A stretch of 64,000 bases of DNA, taken from Podarcis tiliguerta (lineage: Eukaryota). The DNA is taken from NCBI GenBank assembly GCA_965153285.1, contig OZ229112.1; one strand, written 5' to 3'. The stretch's first letter is position 1, and each line of letters opens with the position of its first letter. The translations under genes were made by a program, and so were the position numbers. Shown piece by piece: positions 61,528 to 64,000 of the stretch. The notes beneath the pieces were generated by a model. That model saw nothing but the letters and a program-made list of their open reading frames with translations, did no database searches and was not told where the DNA came from.

Positions 61528-61803
61528 TAATAGATTGTGTTGGTGGCCTTTCACGGAAATTTGTGCTTCCCCAAAGGGGTGTTAGAATTCCTGTTCCATG
61601 ATTGCAGTCATGGGATTTTTGTCTTTCACATGACGGTGTATGTTTTGACTCCACAGAGTGGGAAATGACAGAGACAGGACGTTTGTTACTGTGTTCCGTG
61701 AAATGGGACTATTGTCCTTTGTTCTTTTTCTCTTCGCTGTCTGATGCTAGAGAGAGAGGGAACCATGTTGCAGTGCTCTGTGTGTGTTTATATGTAAATA
61801 AAG

Positions 61804-62158
61804 CAAGGTAAAGGTAAAGGGACCCCTGACCATTAGGTCCAGTCGCAGACGACTCTGGGATTGCGGCGCTCATCTCACTTTATTGGCCAAGGGAGCCAGC
61901 GTACAGCTTCTGGGTCATGTGGCCAGCATGACTAAGCCGCTTCTGGCGAACCAGAGAAGCATGGAAACGCCGTTTACCTTCCTTCCGGAACAGTACCTAT
62001 TTCTCTACTTGCACTTTGATGTGCTTTCAAACTGCTAGGTTGGCAGGAACAGGGACCGAGCAACGGGAGCTCACCCCGTCGTGGGGATTTGAACCACCAA
62101 CCTTCTGATCGGCAAGTCCTAGGCTCTGTGGTTTAACCCACAGTGCCACCCACGTCTC
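61804..62158 (-). mobile_element. Sauria SINE, subfamily A
   Basis: TSD tgtaaataaag; antisense of the 909 copy. Confidence 0.93.
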
Positions 62159-64000
62159 TGTAAATAAAGTAGATTAGCCAAAATGCTGAATTGCTGAGTT
62201 CTGTTACGCAAACTGCGCAAGCTCTGCAGATCACTAAGTGTGCCGGTGTTGGTTGGCATCGGTCACTGTGATGTTCAGGCAGAAGAAAGCTTTTGAAGCT
62301 CCCAAATGATTGACCAGGAGGGAGAGAACATGCCTGATGGCATGAGTGCAAGCAAACTGTGACTCCTTCGACCCAGAAGTGGCCATTGTGCCTGCCTCTT
62401 CAAGCCCCTCCTAGTCCGGGGGGGCACTGGGGGAGGGGATAGGAGGGACTCTGCCACTTCCCACCTTCAGACACCATATTGCCCTCTGCTCCCAGCATGT
62501 CCTGTCCTTCCCATCTCAGACTGCTCCCCATTTTCCAGCTTTCACTCCTGCCTCTCAGGAGGCACAAAACCCCATAAATTGCTACCCCCTTCTCCTGGAC
62601 CAGCCTCTGCCCCCACCATGTCTTCCACTGTGGAGCCCTGGCAGTCCCTAACATCTAAGTTTGAGGTTACTGATGGGACATGAATCAGGAGTTAATAGAT
62701 TCTGGGCCAAATTTGATACTTTCAGAGATCTACCTTTCCCCACTTGCCATTCCAGAGGTATAATGAGGGGTATGTGGAGAGAACAACAATGGCCATGATA
62801 CTTTCTAATAGCCTGCCTTGGCCCATCTCCCTTCACTCCTTCCTTAAGTCTTCCACCAAAAATGTTTGCTGAGCAGGAACTCTGTAATATCACCTCATCA
62901 TCAAAGCTGAAGGTAAACCTCATCACTCTCCCGTAATGTAAACTGAACGAGTGACTGTCAAGCTTATTCACCACGGTGAGCTAATGGCATTTCAGAACAT
63001 GTCCGGTTGGAATTTCTCCCAATAAAATGTGTTCAAAGCATTGTGAAGCAACCACAGAGAAACTGAAGCACAACCACAAGTGAGTCACAGTCAAAAAGGG
63101 TCAGGAGTTTTAGAAAAACTTGTGTTTAACTCTTTGAACAAGATGTACAAAACTTATTTGAAATGATAGGGAAGGCTTGTGTGTTGATACATAAAAAACT
63201 CTGAAAAAACTTGAGACCTTATAACCCAGCTTGTTCATTGAGATCCTAAAGAGTCCTGTTAGCTGCCTTGAATATTACGTATGACAGATTGGTTTAAATA
63301 ATTTGCTGCACCCCCCCCCCCCAGTATTCCTCCCAGAAAGAAATAGCAAAGGGAATATTTGCATTAAAATGTATAGGACGGAAAAGTGTCCCCCTCCCCC
63401 ATTTCACGCCAACTTGTTTCCTTTCAATGTTGTTGCAGAAATACAGATTCTAAGCCTGTGACTGGTAGCAAAAAGTTACAGCTTCCACCAAAACTGTGGT
63501 CCAAGGATGCAGCCTTAAGAAAACATCTCACGCTTAAGCAATCTGCAGAACTTCTGATTTCGACCAGACAACAACCGTGCTCAGAGTCTCTGGAAAACTC
63601 TCCTTTCAGTGCCAGCTTTAATTGACTGCATATGAACTAAGAAATGCCTGTCAGGTGGCCAGGCAGTTTCAGTGCTCCTCCAAATAAAAATACAGGCCTT
63701 GCAATGTGCAGAGAAGCGTCAGGTACCAAGGAAGTTTATTTTCTTTAAGAAAGGCGAAAACGGCAAATGTTTAGAAGGAAAGCTGAAGCCCTCACTTCAC
63801 AATGCTTGTGGGTTGGTTAACGTGACAGAAAGCACCCAAGCAGGGCCGGCCCTACCATTTGCCAGAGCAAGGCAGTTGCCACAGGCATCAAATGTTGGGG
63901 GCAGGCAGCAACAGTGAGTGATAGCAGAGATCAAAACTGTGTGCACCAAACCCACTATACTGGCATGTTGCTCTCAGGTGTGGTGTAGGATGCTGTCCCA

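Noticed and set aside
7647-63088. Apparent abundance of AP-1 (TGASTCA) sites
   Set aside because: About ten sites noticed in 64 kb is close to chance expectation for a 7-mer on both strands.

Overview
Vertebrate non-coding genomic DNA, almost certainly from a squamate reptile (probably a lacertid lizard), judged by its repeats: Sauria/Squam1 SINEs, a Squam3 SINE, BovB (RTE), L2 and CR1 LINE 3' ends, tRNA-headed CR1-tailed SINEs, many Tc1/mariner (Tigger- and Tc2-type), hAT and Harbinger-like MITEs, and a Penelope-like inverted-repeat insertion. I cannot support any host protein-coding exon; the recognisable ORFs are fragments of BovB and L2 ORF2. The window looks like a large intron or gene desert, with TE-poor stretches that may hold conserved enhancers and two assembly gaps. 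Best observations: (1) a Penelope-type palindromic insertion with minimal hammerhead-ribozyme cores on both strands, where a tandem triplication could rebuild an intact core; (2) four independent L2 copies 5'-truncated within about 10 nt of the same point, with a weaker similar pattern in BovB; (3) SINEs joining different tRNA heads (Asn-GTT, Ile-GAT, Ala-TGC) to CR1-type tails; (4) a unique 48-bp inverted duplication with a template-switch signature; (5) a MITE carrying a near-consensus CTCF motif; (6) a pre-miRNA-sized hairpin inside Tc2-type MITEs. No clearly novel multi-gene system is visible. Family names come from my recall of consensus sequences, not from database searches, and boundaries of old copies are approximate.
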